A stretch of 64,000 bases of DNA from Verrucomicrobiota bacterium (lineage in GTDB: Bacteria > Verrucomicrobiota > Verrucomicrobiia > Opitutales > Seribacteraceae): NCBI GenBank assembly GCA_027622665.1, contig JAQBYT010000002.1, positions 192,001-256,000 of the forward strand, written 5' to 3'. Positions 50,443 through 59,609 of this stretch are shown here, in pieces. The position numbers and the translations under genes were made by a program. Each line of letters opens with the position of its first letter. The stretch's first letter is position 1. The notes under the pieces were generated by a model. It was not told where the DNA came from. It ran no database searches and saw only the letters and a list, made by a program, of their open reading frames with translations.

Positions 50443-53400
50443 ATGAAACGGTTCCTTCATCCCTGTTCGTTCCTGTTTTGGTTCGCCTCCGCGGGCCTCG
50501 CTTTTGCCGAAGAGAAGCTCGTCGTTCCCGTTCAGGTGGAAGACCTCATGGCTAACTACTGTTTCGATTGCCATGATGAAGACACGCAAAAAGGAGATAT
50601 CCGGTTGGATAACCTGTCCGAACTAAAGCTTCCGAATAGGCTGGATCTGCTTAACCGGATGCAGGAGCAGGCCTTCTTCAGGCACATGCCTCCGAAAAAG
50701 AAAAAGGCCCAACCAAGCGAAGAGGAGCGCCAGCGTCTGGTGGACTGGATGTCGGGAGAACTGGGCAAGCACTATGCCTCCACGCTGGAGGGGAAGTTGC
50801 GCAAGCCCGAGTACGGAAACTACGTCGATCACGACAAGTTGTTCTCCGGGGAGTTCAAGGACTTGCCTGGTTTTACATATGACAGACGCTGGTTGATCAG
50901 CGAATACATCTTCAACGACAAGTTTGATCGAATGTTAAAAGGGCAGGCAACGGGATACCATCGCGGCAAGAGAGTTCCGGTTTTCGGCAGCAGGCGGTTT
51001 CACCATTTCACCCCCACGAATCCATTTCTGTTACCCACCCGTTCCGGGGTCCGTTACTACGCCAACACGGACCTGACCGGCGGTCATTTGTCGACGATGC
51101 TGACCAACGCGCAGAAAGCCGCCAAGCTAATGACCGACTACCTGGTGCCGCGCCACAAGAAGAGCAGGCAGAAGTACCTGCCTGCCGTTGTGGGAATCAT
51201 GGCGCTGGAAGATCAGCACGTTGCCACTTTGGAATCACGGCGCGTATTCCTCGAAACCAATATCGCCGAGGTTTGCAAGGATCTGTACGGCAAGGAAAAC
51301 GAGTCGCTGCTGCCGAAGTTTGTTCCCGTGGTACTCAACCAAGCCAAAGAGCTTGAAGAGGGGGAGACCTATAAGAAAGCTCCCTTTCATGTGGCCCAAG
51401 GCACCCTCCAGAAGCTAGGGGGCGAAGACGCCTTGTATCAGGCACTTTTGAATCAGAAGCTGAAAGACCTGAGCGATTCGGAGATTCGCAACCTTTGTGA
51501 GCGCCAGTGGTTCTACAATGGCGACCACGAACGCAAAATCCAGGGACGCGTCACCATGCTCCGCGACTACTTGCCCGAGGTGCGTAAGCAATTGGCGGAG
51601 CGCGGCACAAAAATCAAGCTACGCGTTTACAAGCCGCTCGCCGACGAGGAGATGACGGTTATCAATGCTGCCTTCACGAAGTTTCGCAAGAAGGGTGATT
51701 TGTTTACTGCCGTTATCGACAAGTGCATGACGCAATGGACCGATGATTTCCGAAGGGTACGGGTCGAAGTCGGCCCACCTTCCGATGAGCTTTTGATCCA
51801 ACTGGTGGACCAACTCTTTCTTCAAATTCTCGAACGGTCCCCCTCGGCCGACGAACAAGGTGAATACTTAGCCCTTGCAAAATCCTACGTCGCCAAGCTC
51901 GGCAATCTCAAGGCGATCCAAAAGATGATTCAAACCGTCATGCTCTCCAGCGAATTCGTTTACCGTCAGGAGTTTGGCAACGGAGAGCCCGATGAGCATG
52001 GCCGCCGGATGCTGTCGCCTCGGGATGCCAGCTACGCAATCGCCTACGCCCTGACTGATCAGAGTCCGGACGAGGAGCTTGCGAAAGCAGCAGCAGATGG
52101 CCGCCTCACTACCCGCGATGATTATCGTCGCGAAATTACCCGCATGCTTAAAAGGCGGGACCGCCATTACTTGGTCGACCCGATACTCATCGATAAAAAC
52201 CATCGGGAAAACGTCACCAGTATGCCAATCCGCGAACTCCGGTTTTTCCGGGAGTTCTTCGGCTACCCGAAGGCCATAACCATCTTCAAGGATGAGAAAC
52301 GCTTCGGCGTGGATCGGCTTGATTCGGCCACGGCCCGGTTACTTGGCGAAGCCGATCAACTCGTCGCGCATTTTCTCGAGAGTGACCGAAACGTTTTCGA
52401 AGAACTTCTCACCACGGAAAAATTCTACGTCTTTCACGACGGCGACAACGAGCGCATGCAAGCCGCCTCCGACCGGATCAAGCGCATCTACGAATACTTC
52501 AAGGATACCGATTGGAAGAACTTTGATCTGGAAGAGCTCGGCAAACACAAGGAGTTTCTTCGCGAGGTGAAGATCCGTTCCATCAACCCGGACAAACTTG
52601 AATCCGGAAATCGCTCGGGTACTGGTTTGCAGTTGTTCAAGAAATCCATGACCAGTATCACCGCCAGACTGGACAAAGGCCAGAAGGAAGCCGCCCCCTT
52701 CGACATGTACCGTGGCTACGGAAGTGACTTCATGCCCGGAGAAAATGTTTCGAGTTTTTTCAATTATCCCTTGATCAACTGGGACTACGCTACCGTCCAA
52801 CCCGGAAAAGTCCCCGACCGCAAAGGTTTTCTAACCCATCCGGCATGGCTTATCGCTCATGCCCAGAATACCGAAACCGACCCAGTCATCCGTGGTAAGT
52901 TTATCCGCGAAAAGCTCTTGGCCGGCACCATACCCGACATTCCCATTACGGTTGATGCCGTCATCCCCGAAGACCACCACGCCACCTTGCGCTCCCGCCT
53001 CGCCAAAGCCACCGAAATAAGTTATTGCTGGAAGTGTCACGATCTCATGAACCCGCTCGGATACCCGTTCGAAGCCTACGACGACTTTGGTCGTTTTCGT
53101 GTCCTGGAATCCCTCGAAAGTCCAGAGAATCTCATAAAGAAGAATCCCGACAAGGCCCCTAACCGCAACCACCTTCTGGATCTTCGGGACGTTTACAAAA
53201 CCCAACCGGTGGATGCGGCCGGTTACCTCAAGGGCACCGGCGATCCCAAGCTCGACGGGGAGCTCAGGGATGCCATCGATCTTGCCGAACGCTTGGGGAA
53301 ATCGAGACGGGTCCGCCAGTCCATCATCCGCCATGCCTTCCGGTATTTCATGGGACGCAACGAATCCCTGTCTGATTCGAAGACCCTGATCGATGCCGAG

Positions 53401-53511
53401 CAAGCCTATGCTGAAAGTGAAGGCAGTTTCGATGCCCTTGTAGTTTCCCTTTTAACTTCCGACTCCTTTGTGTACCGTAAGTCAATCAAGGAACAAACTC
53501 ATGACGACTAG
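50443..53511 (+). CDS. Di-heme cytochrome c / DUF1592 / DUF1588 / DUF1585 protein (subtype A, cassette 6)
   Basis: CFDCH + HMPP; YGNYVDH..LFSGE..RRWL; RFFREFFGYPKA; RKGFLTHPAWL; CWKCH; HAFRYFMGRNE. Confidence 0.9.
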   Translation: MKRFLHPCSFLFWFASAGLAFAEEKLVVPVQVEDLMANYCFDCHDEDTQKGDIRLDNLSELKLPNRLDLLNRMQEQAFFRHMPPKKKKAQPSEEERQRLVDWMSGELGKHYASTLEGKLRKPEYGNYVDHDKLFSGEFKDLPGFTYDRRWLISEYIFNDKFDRMLKGQATGYHRGKRVPVFGSRRFHHFTPTNPFLLPTRSGVRYYANTDLTGGHLSTMLTNAQKAAKLMTDYLVPRHKKSRQKYLPAVVGIMALEDQHVATLESRRVFLETNIAEVCKDLYGKENESLLPKFVPVVLNQAKELEEGETYKKAPFHVAQGTLQKLGGEDALYQALLNQKLKDLSDSEIRNLCERQWFYNGDHERKIQGRVTMLRDYLPEVRKQLAERGTKIKLRVYKPLADEEMTVINAAFTKFRKKGDLFTAVIDKCMTQWTDDFRRVRVEVGPPSDELLIQLVDQLFLQILERSPSADEQGEYLALAKSYVAKLGNLKAIQKMIQTVMLSSEFVYRQEFGNGEPDEHGRRMLSPRDASYAIAYALTDQSPDEELAKAAADGRLTTRDDYRREITRMLKRRDRHYLVDPILIDKNHRENVTSMPIRELRFFREFFGYPKAITIFKDEKRFGVDRLDSATARLLGEADQLVAHFLESDRNVFEELLTTEKFYVFHDGDNERMQAASDRIKRIYEYFKDTDWKNFDLEELGKHKEFLREVKIRSINPDKLESGNRSGTGLQLFKKSMTSITARLDKGQKEAAPFDMYRGYGSDFMPGENVSSFFNYPLINWDYATVQPGKVPDRKGFLTHPAWLIAHAQNTETDPVIRGKFIREKLLAGTIPDIPITVDAVIPEDHHATLRSRLAKATEISYCWKCHDLMNPLGYPFEAYDDFGRFRVLESLESPENLIKKNPDKAPNRNHLLDLRDVYKTQPVDAAGYLKGTGDPKLDGELRDAIDLAERLGKSRRVRQSIIRHAFRYFMGRNESLSDSKTLIDAEQAYAESEGSFDALVVSLLTSDSFVYRKSIKEQTHDD

Positions 53512-54874
53512 AAGAGACTTTCTCAAATCCTCCGCCTTGGGCGCAGGCGCCCTGGCCATGCCTGCCGCTCTACTTGCAGAACCTGCCAGAGGCAACCTGC
53601 CCAAGCGTTTCATCTTTATCCGGAAATCGAGCGGGATCAGACCGGCTGAAATCGCTCTTCCAGATTTTTCCGAAAAGGACAAGGCGCTCGACGAGAAAAA
53701 GGAACCGCTGGAAGTCGATCTGGACAAGCATGAGCTTCCAAAATGGCTGCGCGGACTGGATGCGCATAAGGAGCACATGACTATTCTTCAGGGACTTTCG
53801 GCCAAGATGAGTGAAAATGTTCATTGGTCATTCTCGTCGGTTATGGGTTGCTTTAAATCAAACCGGAACACCCTCAGCGCCATCAAGCGTACGACGATTG
53901 ATTTCGAATTGGCCAAGCTTTTTCCTTCGCCCTTCGGGCACGTCGAGCTGTCCTTTGCGGGCGGCCGGACGGGTATTGTCGACGGTTACTCGGCTCCGGC
54001 GCCGCAAACGCGTAATTACTGCTATGCAGATCCGGATACGGCGCGAAGCGAGCTCTTCAAGTCCGTCCTTAATCCCGAAGCGGTCAATTCGGACAATGAC
54101 ATGCTTTCGTTTTTGCAGAGCAAAGAAGGCCTTAAGACCAGTGGCGTGAGAGGTAATGAAAGAAAGCGCCAAGAGAAGCATATTCAGTCGATTGAATCGA
54201 TTCGCGAACGCAACGAAAAGCTGATCAAGATTTCCGGATCGCTTGCCAAGCACCTACCCGAACTTCCTCCCATGCATGCAAACGGTGGCCCGAATGCGAG
54301 CACCCCGGAAAAGCAGGCAGCCATGACGGACGTGCTGATCGCAGCCTTGAAGGCCGACCTGACCAACGTGGTAACCTACACGATCGACGACCTTGGTACG
54401 CCAATCACCGGGCTGCCGGGAAATGAGACCGACCGGGTCGGCATCCACCCCTTGGGGCATGACGAAGCCTTTGGAGGCGTGCCCGCCTGGAAGACCAGGG
54501 AGCAGATCCGGATCAGTCACGTGAACCAGATCAAGACGATCATCGAAAAACTCAAGCAGGTGCCGGAAGGCAAAGGGACGATGTTCGACAACACGATGGT
54601 CATGTATTTCCCGGAGAACGGGGAAACCCACCACGGCGTTGGCTCGGAGGCACCTTTCCTCATCATGGCCGGCTCCGGTTGCAACCTCGATATGTCGGGT
54701 CGCTACGTTCGCTTGCCTTACCTTGGAGACGAGGGCCACAAGACCTTGGGCAACTTGTACACCACCTTGCTCAACGCCCACGGCAATCCGATCAAGCATT
54801 ATGGAGACCTGGATCTCGAGATGTCCCGTAAGAAGTTTGATCAGCTCGGCTCGATCAAGCAATTCATGGGCTAG
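53501..54874 (+). CDS. DUF1552 Tat-exported protein (subtype A, cassette 6)
   Basis: ATG 53501 gives MTTRRDFLK; RFIFIRKSSG; DFELAKLFPSPFGH; IHPLGH; GHKTLGNLYTTLLNA. Confidence 0.9.
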   Translation: MTTRRDFLKSSALGAGALAMPAALLAEPARGNLPKRFIFIRKSSGIRPAEIALPDFSEKDKALDEKKEPLEVDLDKHELPKWLRGLDAHKEHMTILQGLSAKMSENVHWSFSSVMGCFKSNRNTLSAIKRTTIDFELAKLFPSPFGHVELSFAGGRTGIVDGYSAPAPQTRNYCYADPDTARSELFKSVLNPEAVNSDNDMLSFLQSKEGLKTSGVRGNERKRQEKHIQSIESIRERNEKLIKISGSLAKHLPELPPMHANGGPNASTPEKQAAMTDVLIAALKADLTNVVTYTIDDLGTPITGLPGNETDRVGIHPLGHDEAFGGVPAWKTREQIRISHVNQIKTIIEKLKQVPEGKGTMFDNTMVMYFPENGETHHGVGSEAPFLIMAGSGCNLDMSGRYVRLPYLGDEGHKTLGNLYTTLLNAHGNPIKHYGDLDLEMSRKKFDQLGSIKQFMG

Positions 54875-54965
54875 AATAAGTGGTCATTCAAGCAACTGTC
54901 TCGGGTGAGAGAGACCGTCTGAATCATTTTGGAATTCAACCAATCACGCATTTTCCTTTGCAGGC

Positions 54966-56129
54966 TTAAGGAGTGATCCGGACCAAGTCCCTTTGGGAGC
55001 GAACGTAGATGCCTGACTTGTCGATGGCGGGTTCGCCAAAGGTCCATGATGCGCCTACGGGATCGGTTGCCAGTCAGCTCAAGGAGTCCGGGGAAAACGG
55101 CTTGGTCAAGTCGATGACGTAAAGCACGCCGGCGCCGCCTTGCCAATAGAGTTTGTCCTCATGGCGAACGGGGTAGGCCGGGCTGTTGTGGCCGAACCCG
55201 CCGCGTTGTATGCCGCGCACCGAGCCCACCCGTTTGTTAACCCCGAGGTCGCGGGAGTTTCGGATTCCCCTGGTGAACTGAAAGTCGACCTTGTTCCAGA
55301 CCATCTTGTCGGCCAATAACTGGATTGGCGCCTCGACCAAGGTGGACTTGCCGGTTTTTACGTCGATGCAGCCAATGTCTTCGCTGTCGTAGCGCCAGAT
55401 AGTAGATACGGTCGTTGAATACGTGTACGGTGGATGGTGTCGGCGGTTCCCGTGAGCCAGGTCGTTGCGGTTCAGATAGTGCTGCTTTTCCCAGTCGTTT
55501 CCATGCCGTACGTACGGCTTCGGTGGCTTGTCCAAGTCGGGTACAGCCAAATCGATGGCTTTTTGCAGGGCGCTCAGGTACACCTCCATGTGGCCGGCTG
55601 TCAGTTCCAGTTCCAGTTCCGATTTCAGTGACTCGCCGTGCTTGCCCGCGGGATCTTCGATCAGGTCGCCGCTGAAGTCCCGGTCGATCTGTAGTAGGTC
55701 GCGCAGGGTCCGGGCGATTTGACTATTGGTCAGTCGGCTGAATCGGAAGTTCCGTTTGTCGGAGTCTGCATAGACCTGGTCCAATTCTTTCAACACCTTA
55801 GCCACGAAGGTTTTGCGGTTGGCGATACTCGGTTGGATGGATTCTTTCGGAGGCATGTCGCCCCGTTGCAAGTTGTCCAGCGCTTCCTGCCAATGCTTGG
55901 TGTTCTCCAATCGGAAATCAGTCAGTTTCAAGAAATTGATTCCGCCCTTTTTCTTTTCGGCATTATGGCACTTCGTGCAGTGGGCCTTGAAGAATGATTC
56001 GATGGTGGGGGTTTCCTCGAGATGGGTTCCTCCCTTTTCGGACTGCTCTTCCGGTACCGTCGGATTTGGTTTTTCGCCCAAGGCGAACCCACAGACCGAA
56101 CAAAGGATGATGAAAACTATTCTAGCCAA
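54966..56129 (-). pseudogene. Chimeric pseudogene: 5' part of a cytochrome c/DUF1587 gene fused to the 3' end of a PQQ-like beta-propeller gene, with an in-frame TGA
   Basis: CTKCH + GDMPP + SRLTN..IARTLRDLL, then an unrelated tail GGFGH...KLYWQGGAGVLYVID. Reading through TGA 55074-55076 gives LATDPVGASWTFGEPAIDKSGIYVRSQRDLVRITP* (TAA 54966-54968). Confidence 0.7.
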
Positions 56130-56241
56130 ATTTACGACCCAATATACAAGGCGCTATGCCGGTTTACGGCAAGCAAAAGCCTAGTCTGTTCAGGTGAAAC
56201 CGAATGGGAGAAAATAGCCTGCCTGACAGGTGGAGAACCTG

Positions 56242-58119
56242 TTATTTCTTGAGCGCCTGGGCCGAGTACTTGGCCTTTCCCCGTCCATTTCCTCCGCTCA
56301 TCATGTCGGGCATGTCGGGGTAAGAGACGAGAAAGTTGTGCTCGTCCACGAAATTAAAAACATAGTGCGTCGAACCTTTCGGTAGGTTCCCAATCAGTTG
56401 ATCGCCTTCCACTTGGGCAGGGGCAAGATACCATTCCTCAGATTTTTCACCACCGTTGAGGGTGTAGACGATTTGACCGCTGACGACTTTTGAGCCTCTT
56501 TCCTCGAAGCGGGCCCAAACCTTCGTTCCATCACGGCCATTTTCGAGTGCTTGGCATACCTTCTCCTTGTGGGGTAAGGGGTGCTTGAAATGAGGGTTTC
56601 GATAGGGATAGGACGCTTGCATGGCATTCAGTCGGCGAAAGAGTTCCTTCCGCATTTGCTCGGCCTTTTCAGGCATTTTGTCTGCCAGGTTCTTGGCTTC
56701 CTCGATGTCCGTCCGTTTGGATGGGTTCGGATAATTCTCGTATAATTGATAAAGTTCGAGCGGAGGTCTCTTGGGCATGTAGTTGTAAATCAATTTCCAG
56801 CCATCGATCCGCAAGGTTGATTGCTGGGCCACTCCGTGTGGGAAATGCCAAACCATTGCGTTTCTCGGTTTTCCGTTTTTGTCTTTTACCAACCGCGCCT
56901 CTTTGGGGTTTTGCCGTAGCAAGTGGCTCAAGTCGGAGCCATCCAAGTTTTGCTTCTTCGGCTTTTTCGTTCCCGTCCAGCTAAGGATAGTCGGGTAAAA
57001 GTCCAAGCCGTTCACCATGACGTTGCTTTCCTGATTTGGCTTGATCCGTGGTCCGACGATAATGAATGGCACGCGCACACCACCCTCCTTGGCGTTGATT
57101 TTGCCTTTGTCCAATGGGTAGTTGTCCGTGATGATCTCTCCGGGAACTCTCTCCATGCCACCGTTGTCGGAGGTGAACATAACATAGGTGTTCTCGATCA
57201 GTTTGTGGCCGGGCCATCGCGGGTCATCGGTTTGTTCGAGGTATTGGATGATTTGCCCGACATAATGGTCGAACATCTCCACCATGGCGCAGTAGTAGGG
57301 GTTCTTTTGCCCTGGGAGGGGCCATCCATTGGGGTCGGTCGGGTAGGGGACGTCGAGTTTCTTGCAATATTTCTCGAGTAGTTCCTTGCTCCGGCTGTGA
57401 ATCGGGGTGTGCACCAGCCAGGCCGCGTAGTAGAGAAAGAACGGCTTGGCCTTGTTCTCCTGCATGAACCGGATCGCGTCGACTGTGGTTTGATCCTTGG
57501 GGACACCGTCCGCGTCCAGGCGAAAGGGGTCGTTCTTCGCCTTCGTTGCAAACCCTGTCAGGCGATGCGGGCGCATGCCGCGGCTTTCGCCCAAGTCATG
57601 CCTCGTGAAGGCAAACCCTTGGTCTTTCGGTTGAGGAAAGGCGTTGTGGTCGATCGCCATGTGCCACTTGCCGGTGTGGCCGGAAACATAGCCATTGGTC
57701 CGGAGAGCTTCCGCGATGGTTACTTCCTCCAGTTTCATTCTGCCGCTGTACCAGGGATCCATGATCGGATGGGCCAGCTTGTTGTACGGCGTGGGAGGAT
57801 TGCCACCCACCACGTGGGTCTTCTGGGCAACCGCAGGGTGCCGTCCGCTCATGATGGCGCAGCGCGTCGGGGCACAGGTTGGGGCCGGCGAATACCCTTG
57901 GCGAAAGAGCACTCCCTTCTTCGCCAAGGCATCGATGTGGGGCGTCTCCATTGGAGTCAGTGCGTCGAGGTCGTAGCACTTCGCGTCCTGCCAGCCCAGG
58001 TCGTCGGCCAACAGTAGCACGACGTTGGGGCGACTGGGTCGTTCGTTTGACCAAAGCTGAAATGCGATCAGCAGAAAAGAAGAGAAAATAAAGAGGAAGT
58101 TTTGTAGAGGATTCATCAA
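56242..58119 (-). CDS. Family S1 sulfatase with C-terminal extension
   Basis: PNVVLLLADDLG, TCAPTR.AIMSG, GY.SGHTGKWH, VHTP, TSDNGG, EGGVRVPF. Confidence 0.92.
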   Translation of the reverse strand: MMNPLQNFLFIFSSFLLIAFQLWSNERPSRPNVVLLLADDLGWQDAKCYDLDALTPMETPHIDALAKKGVLFRQGYSPAPTCAPTRCAIMSGRHPAVAQKTHVVGGNPPTPYNKLAHPIMDPWYSGRMKLEEVTIAEALRTNGYVSGHTGKWHMAIDHNAFPQPKDQGFAFTRHDLGESRGMRPHRLTGFATKAKNDPFRLDADGVPKDQTTVDAIRFMQENKAKPFFLYYAAWLVHTPIHSRSKELLEKYCKKLDVPYPTDPNGWPLPGQKNPYYCAMVEMFDHYVGQIIQYLEQTDDPRWPGHKLIENTYVMFTSDNGGMERVPGEIITDNYPLDKGKINAKEGGVRVPFIIVGPRIKPNQESNVMVNGLDFYPTILSWTGTKKPKKQNLDGSDLSHLLRQNPKEARLVKDKNGKPRNAMVWHFPHGVAQQSTLRIDGWKLIYNYMPKRPPLELYQLYENYPNPSKRTDIEEAKNLADKMPEKAEQMRKELFRRLNAMQASYPYRNPHFKHPLPHKEKVCQALENGRDGTKVWARFEERGSKVVSGQIVYTLNGGEKSEEWYLAPAQVEGDQLIGNLPKGSTHYVFNFVDEHNFLVSYPDMPDMMSGGNGRGKAKYSAQALKK

Positions 58120-58418
58120 TGAAGAAGGTTTTTAATTGGGAGAAGATGTGTTTTACAACCCTTCTGGAAAATCATCCAACTTGCGGAAGATGTTCAATTT
58201 CAAAACCAGACAACCAGAGGGAACGGAAACTCAGGAGTCAACGGTGATACCATCAGTGTATTTTTTATCATTAGTATGATACCGCATGAATTCATTTCTC
58301 TTTTAGGCAGCCTGGTATATCTTGGGAGGCTAAACAAAACAATGTTTGGAGCAATAGCTCGAAAATATAATAAATTAAGTGAATTTGCTAAATCAAAAAA
58401 AAAGCCAATGACTAGAAT

Positions 58419-59597
58419 ATGAAATCAACTTCAGTATTTCTTGTATTTTGTTTGTCTGTCATGTGTGCGAGCACGGCAGCAATACCAAAGAAACCAAATG
58501 TAATTATCATTCCGACAGATGATCCGGGCACCGTGGATAATAATTGCCTCGGTTCAAAAGATTTCATTACCCCAAATCCCGACCGACTGGCAAAGGAGGA
58601 GCTTCAGTGTTCACCGGTTTCTGCCGTGGCACCCTTTGGTACGCCATCGTGGGTAGAAGTTTCCATGCCCGTATTAAAGAAACTTGAACAGGAAAATCGA
58701 AAGATCTCTTGGCCCGGGAAAACGGCCGGTGTCGCCGTCGATCCCGCCACCGGTCATGTCTTTATGATCGTACCCGGGCAGGGCATCTGGAAATCTCAAG
58801 ATCAGGGGAGCACTTTCAATCGGATCGACCAAGGACAGGTCGGAGGCCGGTGCGAAACCTCTTACTCATTACAATTCGACCCATCCGGAAAGCGACTGGC
58901 TTGCTTCATGCTCGATGGCAAATGCGGCATAACGGTTGATGGAGGGAAGACTTGGGCATCCTTCACCGACCTTGGGAGGAATTGGGATTATGCGGCCGTC
59001 GATTGGTCTAGTCATCCAGTTAAGAACATCATTGGGGCGCGGCATGAAACCGGCGGAGAGGTTTTTCTCAGTCATGATGCGGGAAAGACATGGGGCAAGC
59101 TCTTTGCCGATCCGGAATTCGAAAAGACCGGCGGTCTGGGTATCTTCGGTGCAAAAACCTTGGTGTACACGATGAAAGGTCGCGGCATTCAGCGTTCGAT
59201 CAATTCTGGAAAAACCTGGACTCAAATATCTGATCTTGAACCTTGGGGACGAGTCGTTCGAATCCGAAACGGGACGGCCTACTGGTTGACCCGGAAAGGC
59301 TTGCTGGTAAGCAAGGACAAGGGAGCCACTTGGACTCGAAAAGGCGCGACCGTCGAAGCAAGCATCGGCCCACTTTTCAACCTCAAAGACGAAGAGCACA
59401 TGGCGGTGGCCGGATTGAAAGGCATTTTTGAAACCCGGGACGAAGGTGCATCGTGGACCTTTGTTGCAAAGCTGCCGGCTAAATTCGATTTACCCAAACC
59501 CGGCTGGTTCTCAAACTTGGACTGGGATCCCGAACGAGGCTTGTATTATTCTTCCCGGATGGGAATGGCTACGTTCAAGCTCAAAGTCGGCGAGTAG
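58419..59597 (+). CDS. Secreted BNR/Asp-box beta-propeller protein with a degenerate sulfatase N-terminal fragment
   Basis: Six Asp-box-like repeats (SQDQGSTF, TVDGGKTW, SHDAGKTW, SINSGKTW, SKDKGATW, TRDEGASW), preceded by KPNVIIIPTDDPG...TPNPDRLAKE...APFGTPSW. Confidence 0.75.
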   Translation: MKSTSVFLVFCLSVMCASTAAIPKKPNVIIIPTDDPGTVDNNCLGSKDFITPNPDRLAKEELQCSPVSAVAPFGTPSWVEVSMPVLKKLEQENRKISWPGKTAGVAVDPATGHVFMIVPGQGIWKSQDQGSTFNRIDQGQVGGRCETSYSLQFDPSGKRLACFMLDGKCGITVDGGKTWASFTDLGRNWDYAAVDWSSHPVKNIIGARHETGGEVFLSHDAGKTWGKLFADPEFEKTGGLGIFGAKTLVYTMKGRGIQRSINSGKTWTQISDLEPWGRVVRIRNGTAYWLTRKGLLVSKDKGATWTRKGATVEASIGPLFNLKDEEHMAVAGLKGIFETRDEGASWTFVAKLPAKFDLPKPGWFSNLDWDPERGLYYSSRMGMATFKLKVGE

Positions 59598-59609
59598 ACC
59601 TAGATTTGA

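Noticed and set aside
19319..55076. Two in-frame TGA codons (19319 and 55074) suggesting stop-codon reassignment or selenocysteine
   Set aside because: They would need different residues (Gly versus Trp), both lie in otherwise damaged genes, and many intact genes here end in TGA, including ATGA overlaps.
58337..58371. TATAAT at 58366-58371 and the palindrome AAACAATGTTT as a sigma70 promoter/operator
   Set aside because: No convincing -35 at 16-18 bp, and the spacer is AT-rich, so chance matches are likely.
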